The position numbers were made by a program, and so were the translations under genes. A stretch of 64,000 nt of DNA from contig NC_043005.1 in assembly GCF_006345805.1 (NCBI RefSeq), forward strand, positions 80,476,001 through 80,540,000, written 5' to 3'. Positions 13,820-27,394 of the stretch are shown here, piece by piece (the first letter of the stretch is position 1; each line of letters opens with the position of its first letter). The notes beneath the pieces were generated by a model that was not told the origin of the DNA, made no database searches, and worked only from the letters and a program-made list of their open reading frames with translations. Source of the DNA: Octopus sinensis. Lineage: Eukaryota.

Positions 13820-14050
13820 TGCCGGTCAAGTAGTGTGGAGCGACTGACCTCCCTTGTTCGAAGGTTATATGGATACAGTTGTGTATCAAATAGCTAACTT
13901 AAGGCGATGGCCTCATGGAGCTAATAAGCGGACAGCTTTATTCTTATTTTTATAAGAATGCCATATTAGTATGGCGATAACTATTATTTTCCGGGAACGC
14001 TGCCGCTGTTCTCTTTTAGAGAGACTTAGTAATTTTAATATTCTATTATA

Positions 14051-14415
<365 letters not shown>

Positions 14416-14579
14416 TATTAAAGGAAATAGAGAAATACAATTGACAGTTAAAATTTATTAGCGTTTTATGCGCTGGCGAGGTTTTCTTTCAAGAAGCTTG
14501 CTTCCCAACCACATGGTTCCGGGTTCAGTCCCACTGCGTGACACCATAGCCTCTTGCCGATTTGGTTGACGGTAAAATA

Positions 14580-14618
<39 letters not shown>

Positions 14619-16114
14619 GGGGTGTCTTTATGTCTGTGTCTGTCTTCTACCACCGCTTCACAAACCTAGTTGACGTGTTTAGGTCCCTGTAATTTAGGCA
14701 CAATAAGCTGATAGAATAAGTACAAGGCTTTAAAAAAAAGTCCTGGGGTCCAAACATTCGACTAGAAATTCTTCAAAACGATGCTCCAGTATGGCTGTCT
14801 TCTAATGACTGAAGTGAAATATAACCGACAAAAACAAAAGAATCCCAGAAAAATGTAAGGCAAGTCTGTTTTAAATATTTATTTATTTAATAAAACGGTT
14901 CATTGTTTGGAACCAATTACTCTGAAATATTCTCATCAATGAAATCTCTGTAATTGGCGGTGTTTGTGAAGACAGAGAATCCTTCATGACAATCAAAACC
15001 ATAGGAAGCAACGCCAGCCACGACGTATTTGTAATCAACGGTCGTCCTGCAGAGAAGGGCGCCGCCAGAATCTCCCTGTGAAATAAGCATTTTAAAATAA
15101 TTTTTACGTCGATAGAACGTGAAATAATTTATTTGGAAACAGTTGATTTCAAAGTAGATAAGATTATTAATAATAATGTTGATAAAATAAGTACCATTTG
15201 AACAAAGGGGTAGATGTAATCGACTCACTTCTCTCTCGAAATTGCTGGCTTTGTGTCAAAATATGAGATCAATATTGTATTAAACATTCATTCTACTTTC
15301 AGAAGATCAATGAAAGAATTTAATCTATATTTTGAAAAGAAATCTGTTGAACCGCTTGGTCATTCTACTGTTCGTGTATATACAGTCGGTTTAATAAGTT
15401 TATATTTTACATATACCTAAAATGACTATAAATAAAATAATTAAAACATGTTATCTTTTGGAAGAAAAGTTCCAAAGATTTTGTCATATCTCAAACGAAG
15501 GAATATAAACAAACTTTGCTGTTGAATATGGAATCTAGAATTAGCATAAATATCCAATTTTTAAGTCGTGGCGTTCTGTATTTTGCATTTCATTATTTTT
15601 GGTTATCTTTAAAATTTGAATATTTGAAACTTAAAATGGTAGGATGTAATTTGAAAGAACTTTGACTGCAATTTCTAGGATGTCAGTCAGCGTTGTAGAA
15701 GCTTTCGATGTAGTAGTTTGAGCTGCTAGAAATAACTGTTAAATATCCCTGAAATCTCATTCAACCTTATTTTCAAATAAGGCAGTATATATACAAGAGA
15801 CAATATATTCCCACATCTCCAACAAGACATGGTTATCGTGATTATAAAACTTCTGGCCATAAATCAACTTGACTAGCGCTGGTACGAGGCAAAATTCAAG
15901 CAACAACTACTAACATTACCAACCCCACCACCACCACCACCATCACAGCGACAACAGAATTTTGATTTATATCGTTGAAAATAAATTTCAATCGAACAAA
16001 TTTTCAGTGGGAATATAAACACGAAACATAGGCATGGCTGTGTGATTAAGAAGCTGACTTTTGAGTCCCAATACGCGGTACCTTGGGCAGAAACTGTGTA
16101 GAAGTCCGCTACAC

Positions 16115-16149
<35 letters not shown>

Positions 16150-16199
16150 TGCACACACACAATATATATACACATACATATATATACATACTTATATCG

Positions 16200-19100
16200 G
16201 GCTGACGTCAACCTGTTCCTGCGCCGCCTCAAACTTTGCGCATACTACCACGCGTCCCCGCAGCGTCACAACAATCAGGATTGCCTTGTGGAGCTGGGGC
16301 GTCGTCCATCCCACTGGACGCCGCCCCCAGGCCTATTCAGTAGCCTAGATTCGTTTGTACATGACTGCAACGCGTTGGTCCACCGGTTCAACTTTGAACC
16401 ACGTCCCCGACAAACCAACCTCACTCGGGCCGAATCCATTGCCCTTCTCCACCTCCGCCGCCGTGATGACATCGTCATCAAGCCGGCGAACAAAGGTGGG
16501 GCAGTGGTAGTGTGGCGCGCGGACCTATACAGGGAGGAAGCGCTCAACCAGCTTCAAAATCCCCTCTTCTATCGCCTCCTCCCCTCCGATCCCACCTCCT
16601 CCTACCAACAGCGAGTTTCCTCCACCATCCACGACCTCATCTTCTCCTCTGCTCTCCCCCCCACCGCCACCAACCTCATCGTCCGCACACCCCGCACCTC
16701 CACCATCTACTTCCTTCCCAAGATCCATAAACCCTCTAATCCGGGCCGTCCCATAGTCTCTGCCTGTAATTGCCCCACTGAACTCATTTCCCTATACCTC
16801 GACCGCATCCTGTCCCCCCTAGTCGCAGCCCTCCCATCCCACATACACGACACCAACCACGCCCTCCGTCTCTTCAATTCCTTTTCCTTCCCTTCCAGCC
16901 CCTCACACCTCCTCTTCAGATTAGATGTAAAATCCCTGTACACTGTGATTCCCCACAATGACGGTCTCCTAGCCCTCCAACACTTCCTCGACCGTCGTCC
17001 TGACCCCACCCCTAGAACCCCCACCCTCCTCCGCTTGGCTGAGCTCGTCCTCACCCTCAACTGTTTCACGTTCGCCGGGGAAACGTACCAACAGGTGTCC
17101 GGGGTCGCGATGGGAACTAGGATGGGCCCCAATTTCGCCAATCTCTTTCTTGGCTACATTGAGGCCCAAGTATTCTCCCAGTTCTCCGGGCCGACCCCCG
17201 AACTATACGGTCGCTATATAGACGACTGCATAGGTGCCACCTCCCTTTCCCGCGAACTCCTCTGCCAATTCATCTCTTTCCTTTCCAACTTTCACCCCTC
17301 TCTTCAATTCACCTCCACCATCTCCAACATTTCTGTCAACTTCCTCGACATCTCTCTCCGAATCGACCACCCCTCCAACTCTCTCACCACCTCCGCCTTC
17401 TTTAAACCTACGGATTCCCACCTCTATCTCAACTTCTCCTCCTCCCACCCCTTCCACACCAAACGAGCCATCCCCTACTCCCAGTTCCTCCGCCTCCGAC
17501 GTTTGTGCAGCCGCGACCAGGATTTCGAGACCCAATCTCAATACCTGGCCCGCCTGTTCAGACTCCGAGGTTACCCACCCATACTCATCTCTAATGCTCT
17601 CACCCGCGCCCGACGCATCGACCGCACCACCGCCCTGTCTCCTTAACACCCCCCCCAAACCGCACCCCATTCCCCCTCCTTTTCCACCCCTCTACCCTAC
17701 CCCTTCGTCGCAAGATACTACGTGCCTTCCCTAACCCACCCCTGTCCTCCTTCAAACGAGCCCGTAATCTACGGGACCTCCTGGTCCACAGCACCCTCTC
17801 TCCTTCCCCCTCAGCCCCACACGGATCATTCCCTTGCTCTAGATCCCGCTGCAACACTTGCCCCTTCATCACCAACACCACTGCTGTCACCGGCTCCAAC
17901 CGGCGCACTGTACGTATTAGGCACTCTTTTACGTGCACCTCGTCTGGCCTCATTTACTGCATTAAATGCAACCTATGCGGGATGCTGTATGTAGGACAGA
18001 CGGGACGCCGGTTGTCCGATCGTTTCACAAAACATTTGAGGGACGTTCGCCTACACTCCCTTTCTCCTATCGCACGCCACTTCCGCTCGGCCAGCCATTC
18101 CCTAGATGACATCTCAGTGTTTGGTCTCGCCCCCCACAATGGCCGTCCTCTTTCTAGGCTCCACTTGGAGCAACGCTACATCTTCACCCTACAAACCACT
18201 ACCCCACACGGACTTAACACAGCCCCCTCCTCCTTTTTTTTTTCTCGGACAAACACCCCCCCCCACACACACACACACCTACCTACATCCCACACGCCTG
18301 TTCAAACACACACATACGGATACACATCTACGTACACGCATTCATACATCTAATCACACATACTTACAGACACACATGCACACACTAACATACAAACCAA
18401 CACGCACATACATACACACATACATACATACACACACACATACATACTTACACACACACACACAGACATACATACATACATACACACACACATACATACG
18501 TACACACATACACACACACACACACACATCACACATACATACTTCACACACCTATACTTACATACACACACACACATGCACACATACATGTACGCACACA
18601 CACATACATAGACACATACCCACACATGTACACCTTTACACGAATGCACACACACATACACCTATTCGCACCCAGGCAGCCCCCCCTTTTTTTCTGCTTT
18701 CTAGTTTTGGTTGATGGATCCTCGGTTCCCGTGGAGCGGGTTGTTCGGGGCCCCCGCGCGCGTACGCCTTGGCGCGTGACGGGGGTTGGTCGGCCCCATG
18801 GGCTTGCGTTGTATTGTTTGTGTGTTGTGTGTGCGAGCGCGCTTCGTGTGTGTGGGCGTGCTTTGGTTGTGTGCGTGCGTATGTATACATACATACCCAC
18901 ACACACGCATGCATCCCTACCCACACACATACACGCACACCTACTCACACACACACTTACACACACACACACATACCTGCGCACACACACACATACATAC
19001 ACACACATACCCACTTCAGACATACACACACACACATACCTACTTCAGACATACACACACACAGACATACACCCATACACTCACACCCACACGCATACAC

Positions 19101-20290
19101 ACACACACACATACACACGCACACGCACACATACATACATACACACACACCCACATACATACATTACACTTGTACACACACACACTTACATTCATACACA
19201 CACACCTCACACATACATACACACACAAACCTACTTCAGACATACACACACACAGACATACACCCATACACTCACACTCACACGCATACACACACACACA
19301 CATACACACGCACACGCACACATACACACACACACACACACCTACATACATACATTACACTTGTACACACACACACTTACATTCATACACACACACACCT
19401 ACACAGCCATACCTTCACTCATACATACACACATACCTACACACACACACAAACACTCACAGACACACACCCATACATGCATACACCTCTACACACACGC
19501 CTACACACACATAAACATATACATAAACACACACACACACATACACATACATACGCACACACACATATACTTACAAACATGCACACATACACACATAATA
19601 CATACATACACCCACACACATACACACACACATACTTACATACTCCTATACGCACATACATACACACAGACATACACACATACACACTCACACATACATA
19701 CACACACACATACTTACACACACACTCGCCTGCACGCGCACACACATGCATGACAAACACCCATACACTCACACTCACATACACACACACCAACATATAC
19801 ACGCACACGCACACATACACGCACACACACACACACGCCTACACACCTACATACACACACATGCATACACACACATACACGGACACACCCATACATACTT
19901 ACATACATACACCTATACACACACGCCTATACACCTACATACACACACATGCATACACACACACACATGTACGCACATACACACACATATACGCACATAC
20001 ATATATACCTACACACATGCACACACACACACACACACACATACGCATGCATGCACGCACACGCGCACACCTACACGCATGTACGCATACATGCACACAC
20101 ACACACACGCATGTACACATACATACATACACACACACATACATACACCCATACACATACATGCATCCTACACACACAAACATACACACTCACACACACA
20201 TACACACCACACACACACACACACGCATGTACACATACATACATACACACACACACACCACACACACACACACGTACATACATACACACT

Positions 20291-20326
<36 letters not shown>

Positions 20327-21545
20327 CATACATCTATACACACACATATACACACACACATACTTACATACATTCATCGGACACACTGACACTCAGACTT
20401 ACACACAGACACACTCACACATCCACACACATACATACTCACACACGCAATCGCAGGCGCGCGCACATGCTCGCTTGTGCGCGTTCGCGCACGCATACAC
20501 GCACGCTTGCACCACGCTCATGGTTGACCGACCGGATCTCCTGTCCGTATCTGGGGCCGGCGCGTTGTCTTTGGGTTCTCCCACGCCTGTCGCCGCGGGA
20601 CCACTCTTCCATCATCCCCCTCCTCCCCCCCTTCGCTGCATTTCTTTTTCCCTTAACCCCCCCTTTTGTACACACACGCACACACATACACACACCCACT
20701 CACACACACACATTTGCATATATATACACATTACACTTACACACACTTCAAATTTACTTGCCACACACACAACTACGCACGCTGGACATATACACACACT
20801 ACCACTCAACACACACACTGGCACGTTACATACGCCCCCACCCTTTCCCGCCCCGCACGTACTAACATATACATATTTTCTGTTTTTTTATCACGCCTCA
20901 CACACACATACACACACGCACACGCACACACTCACACATACATACACACGCACACACACATACCTCCCTGTTTCTGATCTGCCTTTCCGACTTGCTAGGG
21001 TACCCCCACACCACTTCTTTAATTCTACTACTGCCCGCTACTAGCCATTGTCCACCATACACACACATACACACACGCACACACTCACACATACATACAC
21101 ACGCACACACACATACCTCCCTGCTTCTGATCTGCCTTTCTGACTTGCTAGGGTACCCCCACTTCACTCCTTTAATTCTACTACTGCTTGCTACTAGCCA
21201 TTGTCCACCATACACACACATACACACACACGCACACTCACACACACACACCGTCATCTCGCAACACCTTTTTTACCATTCCCTCATTGATTCAGCTCTC
21301 CTGTTTTTAAAAAACATTTTCCTCCTTTTTTACTACTTCCGTCTTTTCAGTATGTGACCTCGTGAAGACGACCTGCAATTTTTTTTTTCCTCTGTCCTCC
21401 CGTCTCGGGATCTTTCTTTCTTTCTCTTATGTTTCCGACGAAGAGCTCCGCTCGAAACGTCATACCCTCCTTCTTCCATTTTCCTGAGCGCCTAATAATA
21501 ATAATACTGTAATTGTTCCACGTGTTGTTGTTTTTTCTGTTTTCC
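16200..21545 (+). mobile_element. Penelope-like retroelement (RT + GIY-YIG), 5'-truncated, inserted antisense in intron 2 of paralog A
   Basis: ORF 16288-17646 has IVIKPANKGG, GRPIVS, LDVKSLYT, GVAMGTRMGPNFANLF and YGRYIDD. After a stop/frameshift at ~17645 it continues NRTPFPLLFHP..FKRARNLRDLLVHS..CSRSRCNTC. After a frameshift at ~17950 it continues YCIKCNLCGMLYVGQTGRRLSDRF..H..EQRYIFTLQT..PHGLN (to ~18225). A pLTR-like tail at 21350-21545 carries a hammerhead-like motif. Confidence 0.9.
18240..21250. repeat. ~3-kb degenerate (CA/TA)n tract with higher-order units (~191 bp at 19041/19232; 153 bp at 20961/21114)
   Basis: Seen directly. This tract is the source of the long His/Thr-rich spurious ORFs. 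Confidence 0.9.
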
Positions 21546-21556
21546 CGTTTGGATTA

Positions 21557-21639
<83 letters not shown>

Positions 21640-21762
21640 TTTATTTAAAAGCAGCAGAAAGACTGTTGAATTTTCTGCTGCTTTTAAAGAAAGCATATTA
21701 CTCTACCACTGGTATTTGAGTACTCTTTTTTCCATCTTGTTTCGCATTTATGTGTTTACTCC

Positions 21763-21838
<76 letters not shown>

Positions 21839-22363
21839 AATATGTAATTAATAATATCAAAGATAAAATGAAATAATAGATATTTCCAAATACCAGTGGC
21901 CTAGCGTGTAAAAAAATTTAGTCAATAGACTATATATTTTTCATATAAATACAGTGTAAATTTAAACACAAAAGAGGTATCCATCATAGGACTACCTGCA
22001 CGCTAGAGAAGACATTTAAATTCCAAATTACTATTAGGAAGAAAATTTAGAATGGAATGAAAAATAAAACATTTACCATTGAAATTTTATCCCTAATATT
22101 GGTTTGGAATTTAACTGTCCTCTCAAGCGTGCAGTATATATATTAGCAAAATGAGGAAAAGAAAGCCTTCAAAGGAACTGTGATTACGCATATCAGAAAA
22201 AAAATATATAAATCGAAACAAGTTGTTGGCCTTTTACGGTTTTTATAATTATTTATATAATAATACGTTATGTTATATATTATATTCATAGTATTTAAGG
22301 CTAAATTGTAATATAAATAAATCATTGGATTCATCCATCTTCCTTTCTATTGGACTTTCCTCT

Positions 22364-22398
22364 GTTTCTGATGAAGTATATTGCTCGAAACGTTAAAC
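22364..22398 (+). ncRNA. Minimal hammerhead-like motif in a short pLTR relic
   Basis: GTTT-CTGATGA-AGTATATTGCTC-GAAA-CG-TT-AAAC: stem I GTTT/AAAC and canonical core, weak stem II. A related motif CCGACGAAGAGCTCCGCTCGAAACGTC lies at 21435-21461. Confidence 0.5.
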
Positions 22399-22482
22399 CA
22401 TCTTTCTTTCCTTCCAACATGTACCATGTCCTCACTTTGTTGTTCTTTTATTGTTTGTTCTTCTTTTTGGGGATTTACTATG

Positions 22483-22539
<57 letters not shown>

Positions 22540-23564
22540 GCGTACATTTGTGCCTCTGTTTGTCCTACCAATACCGCCATGTAACACCGGTGATGCTCTA
22601 TTTACGTCTCCGCAACAGAGTGTTCCGGCAAAAATCTTCGATTAAATAAGATAGACTTAAAGTATATGATTACAAGGATTGAGGTGGTTTCGAAATTTAA
22701 ACCCTTCAAGGCGGAGCCCTAGAATGGCTAGAATTCAATGACAGAAACAGACAAACTTACTTACACACAATGAGCTGCTGTCATGACATGTCTATCGGTA
22801 ATCAAAGATCCACCACAGTGTCGTCCTCCGTCTTCCAGGGAAACATTGAGGAATACCATATGAGGAAACTCACAATATTGACTTTCAGTTCCACCCACAA
22901 TATGTTCGTTTACATCCTTAACTGAAAACAAGAAAATATCTCATTTTTCTCACTGCACACACGTATATTGGATCGCATTAGCATTTGTATGTGTTTAAGC
23001 ACTCTTTTAACTCTGATATTTTGTTTTAGATAAATGGGACTCCAAAACTTTTATCACAGGTACAGCATCAAGTTTCTGGAACCGTCGTATTCAAGGGTAT
23101 TTCGTATTAATGATTTTCTGAACCAGCAGCTGGTCACAATCTAAATAAAATAAATATTGGTCGGCCCAAAAGTAGAGTAGGCACTTGCTCTAGGTGACAA
23201 GCAGTGGGACTCAATCTAGAACCATCTGGTAGGAAAGCAAGTTTCTTACCAAACAGCCATATATTAAAATTCGTTAAATATTCTTCAAGAGCTGAAGGAT
23301 CGTAAAGTCATTTTGCCTGATTCTGTGACTTGTATATTCCGCTACCCATCCCCTCCCCCACACACACTCACACATTTCGCATGATTACTCATTCTTGCCA
23401 GCTCAGTTAACTGGAACTATTTGAAATGGTGTGCCTTGCTCAAGACCACAACGCATCGCCTCGTTGAGAATCGAAATCACAATCTTTCGATTATGAAACC
23501 AACACTCCAACCACTAAGCCATATGTGTGTGTACGAGCGCGTGTATGTGCACGTGTGTGTGTAC

Positions 23565-23975
23565 TCTTTTACTTATTTCAGTCATTTGACTACGGCCATG
23601 CTGGAGTACCGCCTTTAGTTGAGCAAATCAACCCCAGCACTTATTCTTTGTGAGCCTAGTACTTATTCTATCGGTCTCTTTTCTTGAACCGCTATGTTAC
23701 GGAGACGTAAACACATCAGCCTCGGCTGTTAGGCGATGTTGGGCGGACTAATACAAACACACAACACACGCACACACACACACACACAGACACACACACG
23801 TATACATATATATACCTATATACGACGGGCTTATTTCAGTTTCCGTCTACCAAATCCACTCACAAGACTTTGGTCGGCCCGAGGCTATAGTAGAAGCCAC
23901 TTGCTCAAGGTGTCACGCAGTGGGACTGAACCCGGAACCATGAGGTTGGTAAGCAAGCTACATACCACACGGCCG
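23565..23975 (-). mobile_element. tRNA-derived SINE
   Basis: Same family as 5885-6318. Confidence 0.8.
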
Positions 23976-24114
23976 CTCCGCAAAATGGAATTAAAAGGTC
24001 GAGAAGTAAAGGAAAAGGATGAAGTACGCCTTTGGGCACTGAGAAATATTTGTGTGCAGTATTTCCTCGACTACCGCGGGTGCTATATTCCAACCCCATC
24101 CCACTGTAATAGGT

Positions 24115-25160
24115 GAAAATCCGCAGAGTAGAAACAGTATTACCCTGTTCAACTTTCCCTTTCATCCTTTCAGGGTCGACTAAATAAGTACCATTTACGC
24201 ACTGGAGTAGATATAATCGACGTAATCTGTTTGTCTGTTCTTGTGTGTCCCCTCTGTGTGTAGCCCCTTGTCGGTAATAAGGAAATAAGAAACAGTATTG
24301 TACTGTATAATTTTCTCATTATTTTTATAATCTGTATATATCTATTTTATTATAAATGAAAAACAACACCACACACTCGCGTCCCAAGTTTCAATTTCCA
24401 TACAGTGTGTGAGATTCTTTGTTTAAACTTCTACGGTAAACTACATAATTTTTATAATGTATTTTAATTAAATTAGGACGGCGAGCTGGAAGAATCGTTA
24501 ACACGCCAGGCGAAGTGCTTAGCGACATTTCGTCTACTGTTACGTTCTGAGTTCAAAGTCTGCCTAGGTCTACTTTGTCTTTCATCTTTTCGGGGTCGTT
24601 AAATTAAGTACTAGTTGCGTACTGGGGTCGATCTAATAGACTGCCCCTCCCCAAAATGTTTGGCCTTGTGTCTAGTGCAGAAAAGAATGTATAAAAAAAA
24701 AAGATGGAGGCATGTTGTAAGAGTGCTGTACGTGCAAGGAACCATGTGAATAGGCTAAAGAAGGAAACAAGAGATGAACGAAGTACCAGCGATAGATCGG
24801 GGTTTATGGTGTCGGACAGTGGCCTGATCATCGCTACATTTGTGTCATATTTGTATTATGTATTTCATTCGATTCTTATATATTTTATATATTTTTATAT
24901 TCATATTTATGTAATATCATAACGTGTTACTGAGCCTAAACAGTTGTTTTGTCCTATTCTTTGTGTAGCCCTCTGTGGCTAATAAAGAAATTGGTATTTC
25001 ATCAGCCGCTACGTTCTGAGTTCAAATTCCGCCTAGGTTGATTTTGCCTTTCATCCTTTCTGGGTCGATTAAATAAGTACCATTTTCGCACTGGGTCGAT
25101 GTAATTGACCTAATACCTTTGTCTGTCCTTGTGTGTCCCCTTTATGTTTATCCCCACTGT
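24115..25160 (+). mobile_element. Cluster of SINE copies (24115-24290, 24478-24700, 24992-25160)
   Basis: Repeated TACGTTCTGAGTTCAAA..CTTTCATCCTTTCGGGGTCG..AAGTACC..AATAAAGAAATA. Confidence 0.75.
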
Positions 25161-25169
25161 GGGCAATAA

Positions 25170-25425
25170 AGAAATAAATATATTTTAATTAATGTTTAAT
25201 ACAGTGCAATATTGTACTGCATTTTAATTTATTAATTTTTTGGAGTGAAAATGCTTATTTTACCACAGAAATAATTAAAATCTACAAAAATATAAATACC
25301 TATCGGTCGCTGAAACCCACGATATACTGAGGAGACCGCGATATAAATTTACATATATAAGCCAGAAAAATCCGCGATGTAATGGTGGCGCGATAGGTGA
25401 ACCACGACATGACGAGGGATTACTG
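25170..25425. mobile_element. Right end of a pogo/Tigger-like non-autonomous DNA transposon (paralogous copy 50355-50595)
   Basis: Ends in CCGCGATG..GCGATAGGTGAACCACGACATGACGAGGGATTACTG, resembling Tigger-type terminal repeats. Confidence 0.45.
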
Positions 25426-25569
25426 CATACACATTATTCTCAAAATAACGTCTTAAAATATTGTCTTTTAGTCACAGTAATTCATTCAACAAAAATAAAT
25501 AAATATATAAACTGAAATAAGTTTCGAATGAATCTGAGAGGGGTTCTGAACAAAGATTAAAAACGGTTT

Positions 25570-26215
25570 GTATCACATTAGTATGTCATGGTACTTGAGT
25601 CCATGCAAAAACTCCGAGTTCTTTTCTTAGGGAAAATCATGCGGGTATATTTAGAAATGGGCGTGGGGGAATGGAATTTCTAAGGATCCAACATCACCCC
25701 ACGCCACCCAGTTTTCCGGCCCAAAAAGAAGGTTTTGTGGCATATTAGGTCACCATAATTCATTCAATGGAAAAATTCCAGGTGATTCAGGAGTTGGGGG
25801 AGGTCCAGTTCCCACCCTTTTTTTTCCGAATAAAAATAAGGTTTTGCGATACATTAGGACGTCAGGGTACTTGAGTCCATGCAAAATATCCAAATTTTAT
25901 TTTTCGTAGGGAAAATTGTGCCGGTGTACTTACCAATAGGATGGGGAGCATTTTTCGAGGGCTCCACCCCACCCCTTTTCCGGACCCACCTTTTCGGGGG
26001 TCACCGTAATTCATTTAACGAAAACAAAAAATTTCCAATGATTCCGGGACGGATGGAGGGATTCAGTTTCACCCAGCCCTTTTTTCCGAGCAAAAATAAG
26101 TGGTTTCCGGCACATTAAGAGGTGTGGCTACTTGATTCTACGCAAAACATCTGAGTCTTTTCTTTCTTACTGAAAATCGTGCGTGTGTAATTACCTAAAT
26201 ATACCAAATATCCAC
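25570..26215. repeat. Three diverged ~270-bp tandem units (two units at 51720-52150)
   Basis: Recurring TACTTGAGTCCATGCAAAA..TTTTCTTAGGGAAAATC.TGCGGGT at ~25590, ~25868 and ~26129. Confidence 0.7.
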
Positions 26216-27394
26216 CGTAAGTTTGTGAATATATATTTTATAACAAAAGTATGCGACTTGTATATTTTCCTGTTACTTTCTGTGCGTTCCAGAAAAATCT
26301 TACAGATTATTTTTGTTGTGTATATTGACTTTTAACGAATATATAGCTATTTAGATGCGCTGGCTATATTAAAGCAAAACAGTTGGTAACGATTCTTAAC
26401 TAATGTAGAAGCTCGTGTCACCGAAAATAAATAGAAAACAAAAACGAGTTCAAAAATATCTTCACAAAATTTATTCATCAACGAGGTGTCAGGGTCCTAT
26501 TAATGGATGGAATTCTCGTTTACCTTATTCTAAGCCAAACTTGACTCTGTTTCTCTCCTTTAGTTTGCGATTTCATCCATAACAATTTTGCTCCATGTAA
26601 TCCATTTTTACTTGTACGCTATCCAAATAGATAAAAATAAAACTCTCTAAAAAGGGGATACCTTCAATACATGTTAGTGACTTAAGCACTAAAAGAAAAA
26701 CTACGAAGTGATTGAAATCAAAAACAAAATTGTATAAAGACAACATGGCTGTCATTCAAATTATGTGTGTCCTCAAGACTAACGCACACACACACACACA
26801 CGTTCATTTACGAATGTTTTTAGAGACAAATAACGGAGGGAAAGCGTTCACGTTTCAGTCCGTGTATAATATTGTCTTTAAATTTCGGCACTAAGCCAGC
26901 AATTTAGTGAGAGGTGTTTTGTTGGTTATATCGACTCCAGTGATCAAATGCTACTTATTTTATCGAGTCAGAAAGGATGAAAAGCAAAGTGTACATCGGC
27001 GGAGTTTGAACTCAGAAACCAAAAGCAGACGAAATGCATTTTTTACGGCGTACAACTGATTCTACAAGCTCGCTACTTTCAGTCCATGTATAACATTAAA
27101 AGTACACTGAGAAAGGTCCATATCGATACAGACTTACAACTATATGAATAATTTCTATATATTTATTTAATGCTGCTACTATGACGTACAAAAAGTGGCA
27201 TGGCTGGCTCTAAATATTTGAATTATCATTTGTTAGTAGGAACAGCAATAACGCATGCAACCATCTAGATAATCTTTTTTCGTCTCTTTCAATCGAAATA
27301 TTGGAACATGTCTTCTCCAGATACAGGGATTGGACAAAATAAAGGAAATACCTAGCATCATAGCATCATAATTTTGAAATATCTATAAAACCGT

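Larger units (their letters stand above)
13258..14049. repeat. Nested inverted-repeat cassette, probably Penelope pLTR-derived
   Basis: 268-bp arms 13258-13525 / 13714-13981 with 1 mismatch. A second inverted pair ~13553-13714 / ~13887-14049. Direct repeat 13259-13352 ~ 13621-13714. Confidence 0.9.
14917..22921 (-). pseudogene. S1 serine protease paralog A, partial (only exons 2 and 6 found)
   Basis: Exon 2 at 22921-22765 ([51 protein letters not shown]) and exon 6 at 15075-14917 ([52 protein letters not shown]) have good splice sites. Intron-2-homologous sequence (15570-16090, cf. 42520-43080) lies ~500 bp from exon 6, leaving no room for exons 3-5. No exon 1 was recognised. Splicing exon 2 (phase 2) to exon 6 (phase 0) would frameshift. 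Confidence 0.8.

Noticed and set aside
18626-21044. Long His/Thr-rich ORFs (375, 698, 432 aa)
   Set aside because: Translations of a (CA/TA)n tract; open in several frames, with no splice or domain evidence.
21996-22134. Imperfect ~60-bp-arm hairpin
   Set aside because: Probably a decayed MITE; no TSD or second copy seen, so little can be said.
23040-23130. Short resemblance to protease exon 1 (..DAVP) upstream of paralog A exon 2
   Set aside because: In-frame stop, no hydrophobic signal sequence and no proper donor.
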